A stretch of 64,000 nt of DNA from Thermoproteota archaeon (GCA_027492035.1 JAOZFT010000004.1:384001-448000); one strand, 5' to 3'; shown: positions 39,975 to 50,806, counted from the stretch's first letter. Translations and numbers: made by a program. The notes: a model not told the origin generated them from the sequence alone.

Positions 39975-40430
39975 TTAACTCATCCTCCAATCGCTCGTTA
40001 GCTCCGCTATCTCCCTTAAAGTTATCGTAGAACTTCTTACACTTAATTTTGAACTGGTTAATGAATCCACTTTCTCTTTTTTAACATTTTCAAGTTCTGC
40101 AGGTACCCCTAAAAAAACTCTTAACATTTTGTATGCCTGTCTCCCCTTCCCCTTTTTGTAAGGAAGCATTCCTCTAACTGTTCTCTTAAACAACCTATCT
40201 GGTCTTGCATAGTAAAATGGCCCTTTTCGAGGGTTAGCGAGGTTTTTTCTCCATTTCCTCTTTAAATACTCCCTTAAAACCTTTTGCCTCTTTCCACTCA
40301 CTACTATTTTTTCTGCATTAACTACAGCCACTTTTTTACCGTTTAACAACTTTTTTGCTACATATGAAGCCAATCTGCCCAGTATTGTTTGCTCTCCATC
40401 CAGTACAATGTCGAAATTCACTTTGTTCAC
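39975..40430 (-). CDS. rpl13: 50S ribosomal protein L13
   Basis: ILGRLAS, VNAEK, RTVRGMLP. Confidence 0.97.
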   Translation of the reverse strand: MNKVNFDIVLDGEQTILGRLASYVAKKLLNGKKVAVVNAEKIVVSGKRQKVLREYLKRKWRKNLANPRKGPFYYARPDRLFKRTVRGMLPYKKGKGRQAYKMLRVFLGVPAELENVKKEKVDSLTSSKLSVRSSTITLREIAELTSDWRMS

Positions 40431-40789
40431 CTTAAAATTTTAATATTTGATCCCTTAGGGTTTAATTCGGCAATTTCTGTCAGTTTTAAAGCTCTTCCTT
40501 TTGCCTCCACTATTTTCTCAACTGCCCTTTTTGAGAAGGAGTAAGCTGCTACATTCACTTCATGTTTCAGGGTTCCCCCACCAAGTACCTTACCAGGCAC
40601 TATCACATATTCTCCTTTACCAGTTAATCTATCTATTTTACTTAAGTTCACCACTATCCTCTTTCTTTTGCTCCTTGAAAGGAGTTCAGCTACTCTTCTC
40701 CAGATCTTAGCCTTTTCTTCCCTTGATTTCATTTTAAGGAATGTTATCAACTCTTTCAGTTCTTCACTGGCAGGTTCTTTCTTTACCAA
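40427..40789 (-). CDS. rpl18e: 50S ribosomal protein L18e
   Basis: IWRRVAE, VNLSKI, VPGKVLG.G, NPKGS. Confidence 0.96.
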   Translation of the reverse strand: MVKKEPASEELKELITFLKMKSREEKAKIWRRVAELLSRSKRKRIVVNLSKIDRLTGKGEYVIVPGKVLGGGTLKHEVNVAAYSFSKRAVEKIVEAKGRALKLTEIAELNPKGSNIKILR

Positions 40790-40827
40790 TTTCAGTTCCT
40801 CCTCTAAGTTTTTAGGGGGAAGAGGCT

Positions 40828-40898
40828 AGGCGAGGCTCAGTTTTCCAGGTTCTCATCATTTTTTTCAAGCTCTGCGTAGGTACTTCACAGCCTCCCCT
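40828..40898 (-). ncRNA. Box C/D sRNA (guide complementary to tRNA-Leu)
   Basis: Terminal stem AGGGGAGGCU/AGCCUCGCCU, degenerate C box GUGAAGU, D' UUGA, C' AUGAUGA, D CUGA, 12-13-nt guides. Confidence 0.72.
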
Positions 40899-40925
40899 TA
40901 CAATGAAGATTTTATAAAACCTTAC

Positions 40926-42020
40926 CTATTTTTCATTTATAAACCTATCCTTTAACTTTTTGAGAACCTGGGGTAATGTTGTGTATTCCATTTCGTGGGC
41001 GCTTAATCTGTGGGGCATAAAGGGGCCGTGTTTCCTTAAGTAGTCGCTGACAAAATTGGCCATATCTCTCGCGTTGTTAAAAGCTGGATCATCAAATAAA
41101 TCAGCCGGGCCTATTAGTAAACCATTTGAAACTTGGAAACCCAATGCAACTATTCGTGGGGGGCCGTCAAATCTAGTGCATTTGGCATCTTTTAGCCCCA
41201 CAGGCATTAAGGGACCTATATGGCTTCCTCGCATCCATCCAGCCACTAGATGGGGGAAACTGAAACCCTCCAGTATTTCCCCAATGGCTGGCAATCCATG
41301 CTGAGCCCTAACTATCGCTACTGGGTCATCTTTACCCACGTATTTCCCCGCTATCAAATTCACTTTATCTGTACTCACCGATGCAGCTACTGTTCCATCC
41401 TTCTTTGAAACCTCCTTTATAACATATTTACCTGTTGTTCCTATTAAAGCCAAAATGTCGTACATTTCCTCTGGACTGCTTAACTGAAGCATATCACCTG
41501 TGTAAACATCAGTTATTTTGAAATTGAAGCCCTCATGCATTTTTGGGTCTATAACCAAGCCTGCTGTACAGAAAGGGTCTGAAAAAATTCTGAAAAGAGG
41601 TAAATTGAAAGCTCCAGGTTCTGTTTTGTCAGCCATTAAAACTACGACAGGTTCTGATTTCCTCTCTTCAAATTCCAGCTCGGCTACACCTGGACCCATA
41701 CCTCTGACGTTACCTGAAAAGGCTTCTTTGAGAATATCTTGCCCAGCAGCATAAAGGTGCATCTCTTGAGCTTTTTGTTTACATTTATTAAATGCTTCCC
41801 AGGCTAGGCTGTGCACTTCACTGCTATTTTTTCCTTTTCTATGACTCATCACCAGCTCTAAGTCGTCTCCGCAATTAGTTACAAAAAAATCTTTTATTAT
41901 CCCCTCCTCTTTCCCCCTCTTTAAGTTCTCCTTAGCTGTGTCAAGCAGTGGCTTTGGCACTATGTGATGTCCTGCTAGTGACCCTACATCAGCCTTTATT
42001 ACCGAAATTGTAACCTTCAA
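40926..42020 (-). CDS. fbp: Fructose-1,6-bisphosphate aldolase/phosphatase (class V)
   Basis: IKADVGS, YAAGQD, GNVRGMGPG, YVGKDDP, GWMRGSH. Confidence 0.97.
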   Translation of the reverse strand: MKVTISVIKADVGSLAGHHIVPKPLLDTAKENLKRGKEEGIIKDFFVTNCGDDLELVMSHRKGKNSSEVHSLAWEAFNKCKQKAQEMHLYAAGQDILKEAFSGNVRGMGPGVAELEFEERKSEPVVVLMADKTEPGAFNLPLFRIFSDPFCTAGLVIDPKMHEGFNFKITDVYTGDMLQLSSPEEMYDILALIGTTGKYVIKEVSKKDGTVAASVSTDKVNLIAGKYVGKDDPVAIVRAQHGLPAIGEILEGFSFPHLVAGWMRGSHIGPLMPVGLKDAKCTRFDGPPRIVALGFQVSNGLLIGPADLFDDPAFNNARDMANFVSDYLRKHGPFMPHRLSAHEMEYTTLPQVLKKLKDRFINEK

Positions 42021-42076
42021 TTATTTCCCCTCGACCAAATGCTTAAAATTGTTTTCTTAAATTGGTAAAAGGGACA

Positions 42077-44593
42077 TTAGTTAAAAAAACTTTCTAAAGT
42101 TTTAGACCCTATTATTTCGTCGAAATCTAGGTTAAGGGCATCAAGTACTTGTTCAAAAGTTGTTTTTAATGTTTCAACATATTTATCAATGTCTATTTCG
42201 CTTTTCTTTGTGAGACTTAACGGTTTAACTCCTATTTTGCCTTTTGTTTTGATGAAATTTATTGTGTCTCCTGGTTCTATGTTTACTCCCTTCTTTTCAA
42301 GCATTCTTGCAGCTTTAACATGTTGAGGAGTTGTTTTAGTGTACCTGTTTAATGGCTTTGTCAAAGAAACTTTAAAGGAGAGATCCTCCAGGTTAAATGT
42401 TTTGTTTTTAAGTGCAAGATACTTTTCCTTAATTATTTTCTGTATTTCCTTCTTGGCTTCTTTAAATTCTTGTTCAGTTTTCACTTTCCCTAAAATCTCA
42501 ACCATTTCATAAAAAGCGGTCTTTATGAAGGGGGGAGTGTTCTTCTTTTTCCCTATAAGACCCTTTATATCCACTGTGCCGTCAAGATAAACCCCTATGT
42601 AATTCTTTTTCCTTTTCGATAAGGCAACATATCGATAAATCTTGTCTATATCCATATCTATGCTGAATTTCTCCTCAACCCATCTCATAAGTTCCTCTAT
42701 AACTTTTTTAGGTGGTTTTTCAAGAAAAACAGAATCTGTGTCACCATAAATTACTTTTATTCCCCTTCTTTGAGATTCCTTCATGACTTCTATGATCAAA
42801 TGTCTACCATAAGCTGTTATGCTTTCTGCCACAGGTGGACAGTAGTAGCTGAATGTTTCAGCACCTAAAACACCATAAGATGCGTTCAATATGACCTTAA
42901 GAGCTTGCTGTATGACTTTATTTTTTTCTCTTTCTTTTACAGGTAAATCCTTGGCTTTGGATTTTGGTTTGAACCACCTCACTCTTACATCCCTTAAAGA
43001 TCCCATCAAAACAGAAATTAAGCCTCTTCGCCTCGTACAAACCCAATGAGGTGTGTCAGGAACTTTGTTTCCTCTACACCCCGGATCGTTACAGTTAATT
43101 GTTTCGTAACTTAAGTTTCTACTTTTTATTAAGCTTGGATAAAGACTGGCGAAATCTAGCACTGTGACGTTGAAATGAACTCCTTCAGCCGGTGGAATAA
43201 TCACAGCCCCCTTGTACTTTTTTCCCTGAATTACAGACTTTGTTTTTGCTTCTCCCTTCTTTTCAATAATGTCCTCAGAGTTTGGAATCAATAACCCCCT
43301 TTTTCGGTGTTCGTAGTTTAAAAGGTTTCTTATCCAAGCTGAAACTCCTGTCCTTGTCACATCTTCTAAACTTAATCTAGAAATTTTACTGATCAAAATG
43401 ATTAAGTTCATAACTAGGCCGTCATTGAAAGTTGTTAACTCCATTGTCAATTCGGAATCTCTAAGACAGTATTTGGCGAGTTGCTCCAAAGTCAACTGTG
43501 AAATCTCTTCTTCTAATTCTATTTTCCCTTTAGAGAGTAAAGCTGTTGACACTTCATCAAGAGTTGCGTTTCTGTATCTTTCAGAGAAAGCGTAAACTTG
43601 GATTGACCTGTTATGAAAGAATTTATAAAGGTCTAAATGAAGCCCAGGCTCTATTTTAAACGAATCTTTTCCTTCCTTTAAAGGAATCTCCTTCCGGTTT
43701 ATTCCAAGTTTTTCAGCTCTATGAGCCAAGTAGGGTAAATCAAAGTTGTCTCCGTTAAAAGTAACCAGTAAAGGAATATTTTTTATTTCATTAAATATCT
43801 CCCTGATCATTTCTTGTTCAGAATTGAAAAAGTAAACCTTCGCCCTCTCTTTCAAACTTTCCAAATTCCCCTCTTTTACAGAAACTCTCTTCAGTAGAAA
43901 TATTTTCCGTTCTGACTTATTACTGACTAGAGTTGCAGCTATTACTGGGTAATTAGCTTCTTTTGCGTAAGGTATCCTCCCAACTTTTGGAGAGAAAACT
44001 TCTATGTCTAAAGCTGTTCTGGTGATATTAGGTATGGTAGCTGATAACAACTTAAACCAGTTAGCTGTTTCTTTATAAACTTCTGGGTCGAAAAGGAGCT
44101 CCTCCCTGAATAAGTTTTTCCATTTTTCATTTTTCCCGTTTTCTTTTTCAACCCTTTTTAAGGAGCCGCTTTCACTGATGAGATATTCCTCCCCAATTAT
44201 AAGCTTATGATCATAAATATAATTGTTCCTGTATTTTATTTTATCCTCCCATAAGTGAGCGCTTAACTTTTTTCTTTCGAAAACTTCTCTTATGCTGTTT
44301 CTCCTTCCACTTATCCATAAAGGATCTTCAACCTCTATTTTTGTAAATTTCCTTTTCTTGTTTAGTAATGTATCGAAAAGAGTTACTTCTTTAAAGCTAA
44401 GAACAGCTTGTTGTATTTCTTTATCTAACACTTTCTGTACTTCTTCTTTGGTTAAATCCGTTAAACAATAAGGTCTATGACCGGTTGAATCAGCTACTTT
44501 CAAAATTATTTCTTTTTCAGGGTTATAGAATTTCATTATTGCCTTCTTTTCTTTTCCATCATAATTTACGCCAAGTAAAAAGCCTCTTTCCAT
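42077..44593 (-). CDS. polB: Family B DNA polymerase (B1-like)
   Basis: Exonuclease DIE, FNGDNFDLPY; polymerase DFASLYPS, K...NASYG, YGDTDS. Confidence 0.95.
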   Translation of the reverse strand: MERGFLLGVNYDGKEKKAIMKFYNPEKEIILKVADSTGHRPYCLTDLTKEEVQKVLDKEIQQAVLSFKEVTLFDTLLNKKRKFTKIEVEDPLWISGRRNSIREVFERKKLSAHLWEDKIKYRNNYIYDHKLIIGEEYLISESGSLKRVEKENGKNEKWKNLFREELLFDPEVYKETANWFKLLSATIPNITRTALDIEVFSPKVGRIPYAKEANYPVIAATLVSNKSERKIFLLKRVSVKEGNLESLKERAKVYFFNSEQEMIREIFNEIKNIPLLVTFNGDNFDLPYLAHRAEKLGINRKEIPLKEGKDSFKIEPGLHLDLYKFFHNRSIQVYAFSERYRNATLDEVSTALLSKGKIELEEEISQLTLEQLAKYCLRDSELTMELTTFNDGLVMNLIILISKISRLSLEDVTRTGVSAWIRNLLNYEHRKRGLLIPNSEDIIEKKGEAKTKSVIQGKKYKGAVIIPPAEGVHFNVTVLDFASLYPSLIKSRNLSYETINCNDPGCRGNKVPDTPHWVCTRRRGLISVLMGSLRDVRVRWFKPKSKAKDLPVKEREKNKVIQQALKVILNASYGVLGAETFSYYCPPVAESITAYGRHLIIEVMKESQRRGIKVIYGDTDSVFLEKPPKKVIEELMRWVEEKFSIDMDIDKIYRYVALSKRKKNYIGVYLDGTVDIKGLIGKKKNTPPFIKTAFYEMVEILGKVKTEQEFKEAKKEIQKIIKEKYLALKNKTFNLEDLSFKVSLTKPLNRYTKTTPQHVKAARMLEKKGVNIEPGDTINFIKTKGKIGVKPLSLTKKSEIDIDKYVETLKTTFEQVLDALNLDFDEIIGSKTLESFFN

Positions 44594-44764
44594 TTATTTA
44601 CCACTATAAAGGTTTTTGATTCCCTCTTTTCTTAGAAAAAGAGGAAACTTAAAAATTTTGGTGATCTTTCTTGTCAGCCCTTCTTTCTATGATAAAAGGA
44701 AGAATTTTTTAAATCTATTTTTGTGTATGAAGAGGGTATAGAAGAAATGAAAAGCAATGAAGGG

Positions 44765-45043
44765 TTAATTTCTTATTTCAAGCCATTCTAAAGGTATATC
44801 CTGATATACTCCACTTCCTCTTATCCTTCTTCTAATGATTAAAGGCAGGACTTTCTTTTTCAATTCAAGTTTGGCGATTTCAACGGGGTCAATTAAATTA
44901 GGAGGCAGTTCAATTAAAATAGGTGCTCCTACTTCAATCTGTAAAGCTCTAGCAGAAATTATTGCTACTCTTTCATATTTAGTTAAAAAGGGAGGTCCTA
45001 TTTTCACCTTCCCGCTTAAGTTGGAAGAGTTTTTTTTAGGCAA
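44765..45043 (-). CDS. rpoK: RNA polymerase subunit K (Rpo6)
   Basis: LTKYER..ISARALQI..GAP, LPLIIRR. Confidence 0.95.
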   Translation of the reverse strand: MPKKNSSNLSGKVKIGPPFLTKYERVAIISARALQIEVGAPILIELPPNLIDPVEIAKLELKKKVLPLIIRRRIRGSGVYQDIPLEWLEIRN

Positions 45044-45105
45044 AGATGATTAACCTCAAAAAATGAGGGAAGGTTTTTGTTTTTCACCTCTCAATAACTT
45101 ATCCT

Positions 45106-46767
45106 TTAATAAGGTGGAGCTCCCCCTGGATAACTTTGAGGTAACGGCTGTGCACCTGCTCCCTTCCCTTTCTCCATTTTACCTGCAGCTATTACATCGT
45201 CTATTCTCAATATCATTTCTGCAGCTTCAGTAGCTGAAGCAATGGCTTGTTTTTTGACTCTGGTGGGTTCAATTACTCCTTCCTTTATCATATCCTTTAT
45301 TTCTCCTGTATTTACTTCAAAACCTGTAGTGAGGTTACCTTGTTTATGTGCAGCTCTTAGCTCGGCTATTTTGTCTATTTGATCAAATCCCGCATTTGTA
45401 ATTAGAACCTTAGGTATTACTTCCACTACGTCCGCAAATGCTTTTACTGCAAATTGTTCCCTTCCACCAAGAGTTTCTGCATATTCCCTTAATTTCCTTG
45501 ACACCTCTATTTCTACTGCTCCCCCACCTGGCACAACTTTTCTGTCTTCCATCACATTTCTCACAACAGCTATCGCATCATGTATGCTTCTTTCAGCTTC
45601 CTCTACTACATGTTTTGCAGCTCCTCTGATAAGTATGGTTACGGCCTTCGGGTTTTTACAGTTTTCAACGAAGACCATTTTATCCTCTCCTACCTTCCTT
45701 TCTTCAACTAGCCCTGCATAGCCTAAATCTCCTTCTGAAAGTTCTTCTATATTGGTTATTATTCTTGCACCTGTTGCTTTAGCTAATTTTCCCATATCTG
45801 ATTTCTTAACCCTTCTCACTGCTAAAATATCTGCTTTTGCAAGGAAGTGTTGGGCTACTTCATCTATCCCTTTTTGGCAAAAGACAACGTTTGCCTTTGC
45901 TTCTTTAATTTTGTCCACCATTTCTCTCAACAACTCTACTTCTTGGTCGAGAAATGCTTTCATTTGTTCAGGGTTTGAAATTCTGATTTTTGCATCTATT
46001 TCTGTTTTCTCTATCTCTAACGGGTTCTGGATTAAAGCTATCCTTGCATTCTCCACTTTTTTTGGCATATCTGAATGGACAACTTCTTTATCAATAACCA
46101 TCCCCCTTATTAACTGCGTTTCAGCTATTGACTTACCTTCTTTCTTCTCAACTTTTATATTATCTATGTCAACTTTGACTTTTCCGTTCTGTTTTGTTTT
46201 TACTATGTCTGCTGCTTGCACTATTAGTTCAGCAAGTTCTTTTCTTGATCCTGCCACATCCTTTGAAGCCAAAGCCGTTTCAGCAACTTTCTTCAGGGTC
46301 TCCACATCTCCCTCTTTAACCTCTATTGCTAAACTGTCAATTATTTCAGCTGCTTTTCTAGCTGCCTTTTTGTATCCTTCAATTATCACTGTAGGATGTA
46401 TCTCTTGGTCGACTAATTCTTCAGCTACTTTTAAGAGTTCACCTGCTAACACCACCACACTTGTAGTGCCGTCTCCTGTTTCGTCATCCTGAGCTTTAGC
46501 CACTTCAACCATCATTTTAGCTGCAGGATGTTCAACATCCATTTCTTTCAGCATAGTTGCTCCGTCACTAGTTATTACAATGTCCCCCAGTGAATCCACC
46601 AGCATTTTATCCATCCCCATTGGGCCAAGTGAGGTTTTCAAGGATTCAGCTATGGTTTTAGCCACTTCTATGTTTATTCTTAAAGCACTTCTTCCAACTT
46701 CTCTAGTCGTTCCTTCCTTAAGAATTAAAATAGGCTGACCACTTGGCGTCTGAGCTGCAATAGCCAA
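45106..46767 (-). CDS. ths: Thermosome (group II chaperonin) subunit
   Basis: [24 protein letters not shown]. Confidence 0.97.
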   Translation of the reverse strand: MAIAAQTPSGQPILILKEGTTREVGRSALRINIEVAKTIAESLKTSLGPMGMDKMLVDSLGDIVITSDGATMLKEMDVEHPAAKMMVEVAKAQDDETGDGTTSVVVLAGELLKVAEELVDQEIHPTVIIEGYKKAARKAAEIIDSLAIEVKEGDVETLKKVAETALASKDVAGSRKELAELIVQAADIVKTKQNGKVKVDIDNIKVEKKEGKSIAETQLIRGMVIDKEVVHSDMPKKVENARIALIQNPLEIEKTEIDAKIRISNPEQMKAFLDQEVELLREMVDKIKEAKANVVFCQKGIDEVAQHFLAKADILAVRRVKKSDMGKLAKATGARIITNIEELSEGDLGYAGLVEERKVGEDKMVFVENCKNPKAVTILIRGAAKHVVEEAERSIHDAIAVVRNVMEDRKVVPGGGAVEIEVSRKLREYAETLGGREQFAVKAFADVVEVIPKVLITNAGFDQIDKIAELRAAHKQGNLTTGFEVNTGEIKDMIKEGVIEPTRVKKQAIASATEAAEMILRIDDVIAAGKMEKGKGAGAQPLPQSYPGGAPPY

Positions 46768-47036
46768 TTAAATCACCTCAGAAAATGTGAAAGAAATTAT
46801 TTCATCAAACAACAAAAGTGAAGAGTTAAATGTGTTTATGAAGATGCTTCTTCAGGGAAATTATTTTCTGGAAAGAAACACCTTAAAAATTTGTCCCACA
46901 TTTATTCATATCTTTTTTAAAAATCCAATTTAAAAGTTTCGTTTTATAATGTTTCAGAAATACATTACTGGTTTATGTTTTTAAATTATTTGCCTCGAAA
47001 GAAATTGCTTTTTTTCAAAAATAAGTATCTGTTATT

Positions 47037-47768
47037 TTAATTTTTTAGAAACAGCAATCTTATAGTAAATAAAGCAGCAGCTACACTGAAGGGTACTGTA
47101 AAATTGTCGAAGGGTTTAGCTGGACCTACACTTATGAATTCAACCACTGTAGCTATAACCGACACAGCTAAAGAAATAATTAGTAATGTAGGTACAGAAA
47201 ACTGGGTTGCTTGAAAGCTCTTAACCAATAATTCACCAGCCAATGCACCTATAAAACCAAAAATAAACATGGCTAGACTTCCTTCTAAACTCTTATCTTT
47301 ACTTATCAACGTATGCCTCTTTTTCGCTCTTTTCCCAATTATTGCAGCGGCACCGTCACCCCAAGCCATTACAAAAGTTGAAACGATTGCTACATCTTTA
47401 TAGGAGCTAAAAAACAATAGGACAAGAAGGAATATTGACACTATGTAGTAAAGGGGGCCATAAGCGTGGAGTTTACTTTTGCCATATTCTTCGCCGATCA
47501 TGGCTTGAGAGAATATTCCCCTCTCTTTCTTAAGAAACTGGTAAGCTGTTAATAACCCTAACCCTCCTGCAACAACCAAGGGATAAACGACGTGGCTGAA
47601 CCAAAGAATGAAAATCACACTCAATCCTGCAAACAAATGAATAGATTTACGAGTTATCTCTGTACTGAGTCCAAGTTTCCTCCTTAACCCTTCAGAAATC
47701 AAAATGATGAAAAATACATATAAATAAGCTAAAGCAACTAAAAAAATGTCCATCCACATAGACATCAC
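47037..47768 (-). CDS. Dolichol/phytol kinase-like (CTP_transf_1) membrane protein
   Basis: RKSIH, WGDGAAAIIG, KSLEGS, DNFTVP. Confidence 0.88.
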   Translation of the reverse strand: MMSMWMDIFLVALAYLYVFFIILISEGLRRKLGLSTEITRKSIHLFAGLSVIFILWFSHVVYPLVVAGGLGLLTAYQFLKKERGIFSQAMIGEEYGKSKLHAYGPLYYIVSIFLLVLLFFSSYKDVAIVSTFVMAWGDGAAAIIGKRAKKRHTLISKDKSLEGSLAMFIFGFIGALAGELLVKSFQATQFSVPTLLIISLAVSVIATVVEFISVGPAKPFDNFTVPFSVAAALFTIRLLFLKN

Positions 47769-47860
47769 TTAAAAAAGAAACATTTTCAAGTACACTTTCC
47801 CTAAAAAACTCCTTGTTCTTTAAAAAAGAATGCTTTTTTTAAAAACTAGGAGTTAGGAAA

Positions 47861-49114
47861 ATGTTATATAGAAGAGTCCCAGAAACTTTGAGAAGGATGA
47901 ACTCTTTAAAAAGCCACATTCATAAAGTAAGGGTTTTAACCGGTCTTTTTAGGGAAGCAAAACCTACTGAACTTCCCTGCCTGATTTCTCTCCTATCAAG
48001 GCAATTCTTCTTTCCTTGGGACACTAAGCGTTTTAGGCTCGGTATCTACCATCTTTCTAAGGCAGTAACTGAAATTTCAGTTGCTAACTTAGTTATGAGA
48101 GAGTTACAGGTCTCTAAGGAACTAATACATCTTTTCATTAAAGATTTCAATAAATTAAAGAAGCAAACTTCTCTAATTGGGGAACAGCCTTTGTCCATAA
48201 CTGAAGTTTGTTCTCACTTAAAAAAAATACTTGAACTAAAGGGAAAAGGTAGTTTAAGGCAGAAAAAAAGTTTCCTGCAGGCTCTTTTTTTAAGGGCTAG
48301 TAAGGAAGAAGTTGAAAATTTGGTTAAAATAATCTTTCAGCAACCCATATCTATAAAACAGGAAGAACTAATGCTCTCAGCCCTTTCAAACTTTTTCTCC
48401 ATGCCCCTCTCAACCATCAAAGAACTTTATTTCTATAATCCCCACTTCAAGAAATTAACAGAGGCCCTTATCCTCTTAAAAAACTCAGAAATGAAAGGAG
48501 TCCTTGGCATTACTCTTTTTAAACCTTTAAAACCTATGAACATGGTTACAGTTAAAGAAATAAATGAGGTTACAAAGAAAATTTCTAACCCTGCCTTCCT
48601 TAACTTCCTAAAAGGATTGGAAGTTCAAATTCATTGTTTAAAAAACAAGGAAATTAATTTCAAAATATATACGCATAACCTTGTCGATTTCTCCAACAGG
48701 TTAAAAAAAATCAAAGAAATATTACCGGCAATCAACCATAAAAACTTCATTTTAGAAGCTGAACTCTTAAGTAACGGGAAGCATCCTCTCAGAAGAAAAA
48801 ATCAACCCTCCAAAGAATTAGCTTCAAAGATAAGTAATAAATCTGTTTCCAAAATCGAAATTCAACTGTTATTGGTTGACATTCTCTTTCTTGATGGATT
48901 AAACCTTGCTAAAGAACCAGGAGATATAAGGCTTTCCACTTTACAAAGACTAAAAGTTAAAGAAGGCTATGGAATCATTAAGCCAACAGTTTATTCTCTT
49001 CAAGAGTTCAAAAAAATGGATATAGGATTTGGGGACTACTTAGTAAAGGATAAAAATGCACCATATTACTTAAGCAATAAACTCCTCATTAGAGGAAAAA
49101 GAGGAAATTGTTAA
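47861..49114 (+). CDS. Degenerate ATP-dependent DNA ligase-like protein (DNA-binding domain plus decayed adenylation domain, no OB fold)
   Basis: G.GS..QK..FL..LF, LFKPLKPM, VQIH, FILEAE, DILFLDG. Lacks the KxDG motif. Confidence 0.65.
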   Translation: MLYRRVPETLRRMNSLKSHIHKVRVLTGLFREAKPTELPCLISLLSRQFFFPWDTKRFRLGIYHLSKAVTEISVANLVMRELQVSKELIHLFIKDFNKLKKQTSLIGEQPLSITEVCSHLKKILELKGKGSLRQKKSFLQALFLRASKEEVENLVKIIFQQPISIKQEELMLSALSNFFSMPLSTIKELYFYNPHFKKLTEALILLKNSEMKGVLGITLFKPLKPMNMVTVKEINEVTKKISNPAFLNFLKGLEVQIHCLKNKEINFKIYTHNLVDFSNRLKKIKEILPAINHKNFILEAELLSNGKHPLRRKNQPSKELASKISNKSVSKIEIQLLLVDILFLDGLNLAKEPGDIRLSTLQRLKVKEGYGIIKPTVYSLQEFKKMDIGFGDYLVKDKNAPYYLSNKLLIRGKRGNC

Positions 49115-49457
49115 ACCGTATAGATTTCACTCTCCATGTGTCTTTGCGCCATGTAAAGATACAAAGGCTGTTTCATGAGGTGCATGTTGAAAAGGCTGAG
49201 GAAGTTGTTGAAAGAAAAACAAAAATCAAGGAAACGGTGAAAAACATAATTGGGAGGGTGGCATGCTATCTGTAGAATCTCCTGAAAAGGTTACGTTAAA
49301 AAATGAAAGAATCCGTGAGCAAAGAAGGGTCCACAGCCCTTTATCATATTTTAAAAGAATGAAAGTTATGTCAAAACACAATTTCTCATTACGCAAAAAA
49401 GGGTGTAATGAAGAAAGTTAAGTAATGCGTTAGACAAGCCTAATTATATAAGGAGGA

Positions 49458-49549
49458 CGCCCCGGGCGGGATTTGAACCCACGTCAATGGCTCGACAGGC
49501 CATTATGCTCTCCGTTTTCGGTTTTAAAGCCGGGCTACACCACCGGGGC
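49458..49549 (-). tRNA. tRNA-Asp(GTC) with a ~16-nt D-arm intron (~49508-49523)
   Basis: GCCCCGG/CCGGGGC-G acceptor, ATGGC-CTGTCGA-GCCAT anticodon arm, 92 nt total. Intron boundaries are approximate. Confidence 0.88.
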
Positions 49550-49714
49550 ATTTAAGTAAGTAATGTGCTGTTTTTTAAAATATTCCCTTTTACCCCCTTA
49601 ATAAATATTTCTCTTCTCTTTCTTATCATACTTTAATTTGTTTTTAGTTTTGTTTTTTAATGGGTTTAAGGAGTGAATATTATTTTTTACTTTTGTTGGT
49701 TAAAATGTTTTACT

Positions 49715-50644
49715 TTACCAGTTAATTCTTCCAGTTTCCCTTTTCCTGAAGTGGTAAGCAATTCTGTAAGCTTTAGATATTAAGTAATTGTATTTAAATT
49801 TACGTTTGACAGAGTCCAGGTCCTCTCCAACTATCTCATAATCCATTCTCCCCACCCCCTTATGGGAAGCTTTCCTTATGTGTCCTATCAAGTAGGGATG
49901 GAAGCCCATTACTTTTGCTGCGACAGTGTCTGTGGCTACAGGATCCTTGCCTCCAATTAATAAATTTAGGTGGAGGGGTTGACCATAGGTTGGCCCTCTT
50001 TCGCTTTCCATGGCTATTACTCCATCTATCAAACCGAAGTCAGGCTTCATAGCTATGTTTGCATCTACAATTGCCTCATCTAACTTGTCATGGAAATGTA
50101 TTTTCATTCGGTATGGTATTGCTCCAAATTGGTTTTTTAATACACCTGTAACTTTAGTTAACAAGTGGGTTTTTAATTTTGCAAGTGAAATAAAGTAATT
50201 CGCTTCAGCTAAGGTTTTTGAAACTTTGATTTCCTTAAACCTTAACCCATCTATTTTCTTCTTAACAAGTTCGTCTTTTGACAGGTTCAGGAAAGATGCA
50301 TTCCATTTCTCAATTACTTCAGGGTACCCTAACCATTTAAAGTAAAGGGTCGCATCTGTACCTGTGGCATTGCTTTCAGCCACTATAATTTTTAGGTTAC
50401 GGTAATTTATTCTTAAATATTTCAGTAAAGCATTTAAAACCCTTCTGTCAGTTATTGAACCTGTTTCCTCTGTTCTTAAACTGTTAATATTTATTTTAAT
50501 TAGGACTGTGTCATTGTCGTCGATTCCTAAACCGTTAACTAACTCTATAACTTTGGTTACACCTTTGAAAATAGAGGCAGGGTTGCCATGTTTAATTTTA
50601 ACAATTGCAACCTTCTCTCTTCCTTGTCTACTGCTCCAATTCAT
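49715..50644 (-). CDS. DUF362-family protein
   Basis: VLIKIN, ISLAKLKTH, TGVLKN.FG, IDGV.AME..GP, DPVATD. Confidence 0.88.
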   Translation of the reverse strand: MNWSSRQGREKVAIVKIKHGNPASIFKGVTKVIELVNGLGIDDNDTVLIKININSLRTEETGSITDRRVLNALLKYLRINYRNLKIIVAESNATGTDATLYFKWLGYPEVIEKWNASFLNLSKDELVKKKIDGLRFKEIKVSKTLAEANYFISLAKLKTHLLTKVTGVLKNQFGAIPYRMKIHFHDKLDEAIVDANIAMKPDFGLIDGVIAMESERGPTYGQPLHLNLLIGGKDPVATDTVAAKVMGFHPYLIGHIRKASHKGVGRMDYEIVGEDLDSVKRKFKYNYLISKAYRIAYHFRKRETGRINW

Positions 50645-50806
50645 TTTTCTCCACTCTCTTTTTTAAGGAAATATTTAAAGCCTTCCACAAACACTTCAAA
50701 ACAATAGGTTTTACTATGTTTCTTTGAAAAATATTTTTGATTTAAAAGGTGAATGTATTAAAAAATCCCTGTAGAAACCTTAAAAACAGGTTTTAGGTGT
50801 CTCTCT

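Noticed and set aside
45752-46492. Long antisense ORFs (e.g. 246 aa opposite the thermosome, 198 aa opposite rpoB, 173 aa over tRNA-Ser/rps10)
   Set aside because: These are shadow frames of well-supported genes, with S/F/I-rich composition and no motifs.
49108-49440. Integrated element remnant downstream of tRNA-Asp (short ~55-codon ORF)
   Set aside because: No integrase, att duplication or recognisable domain was seen.
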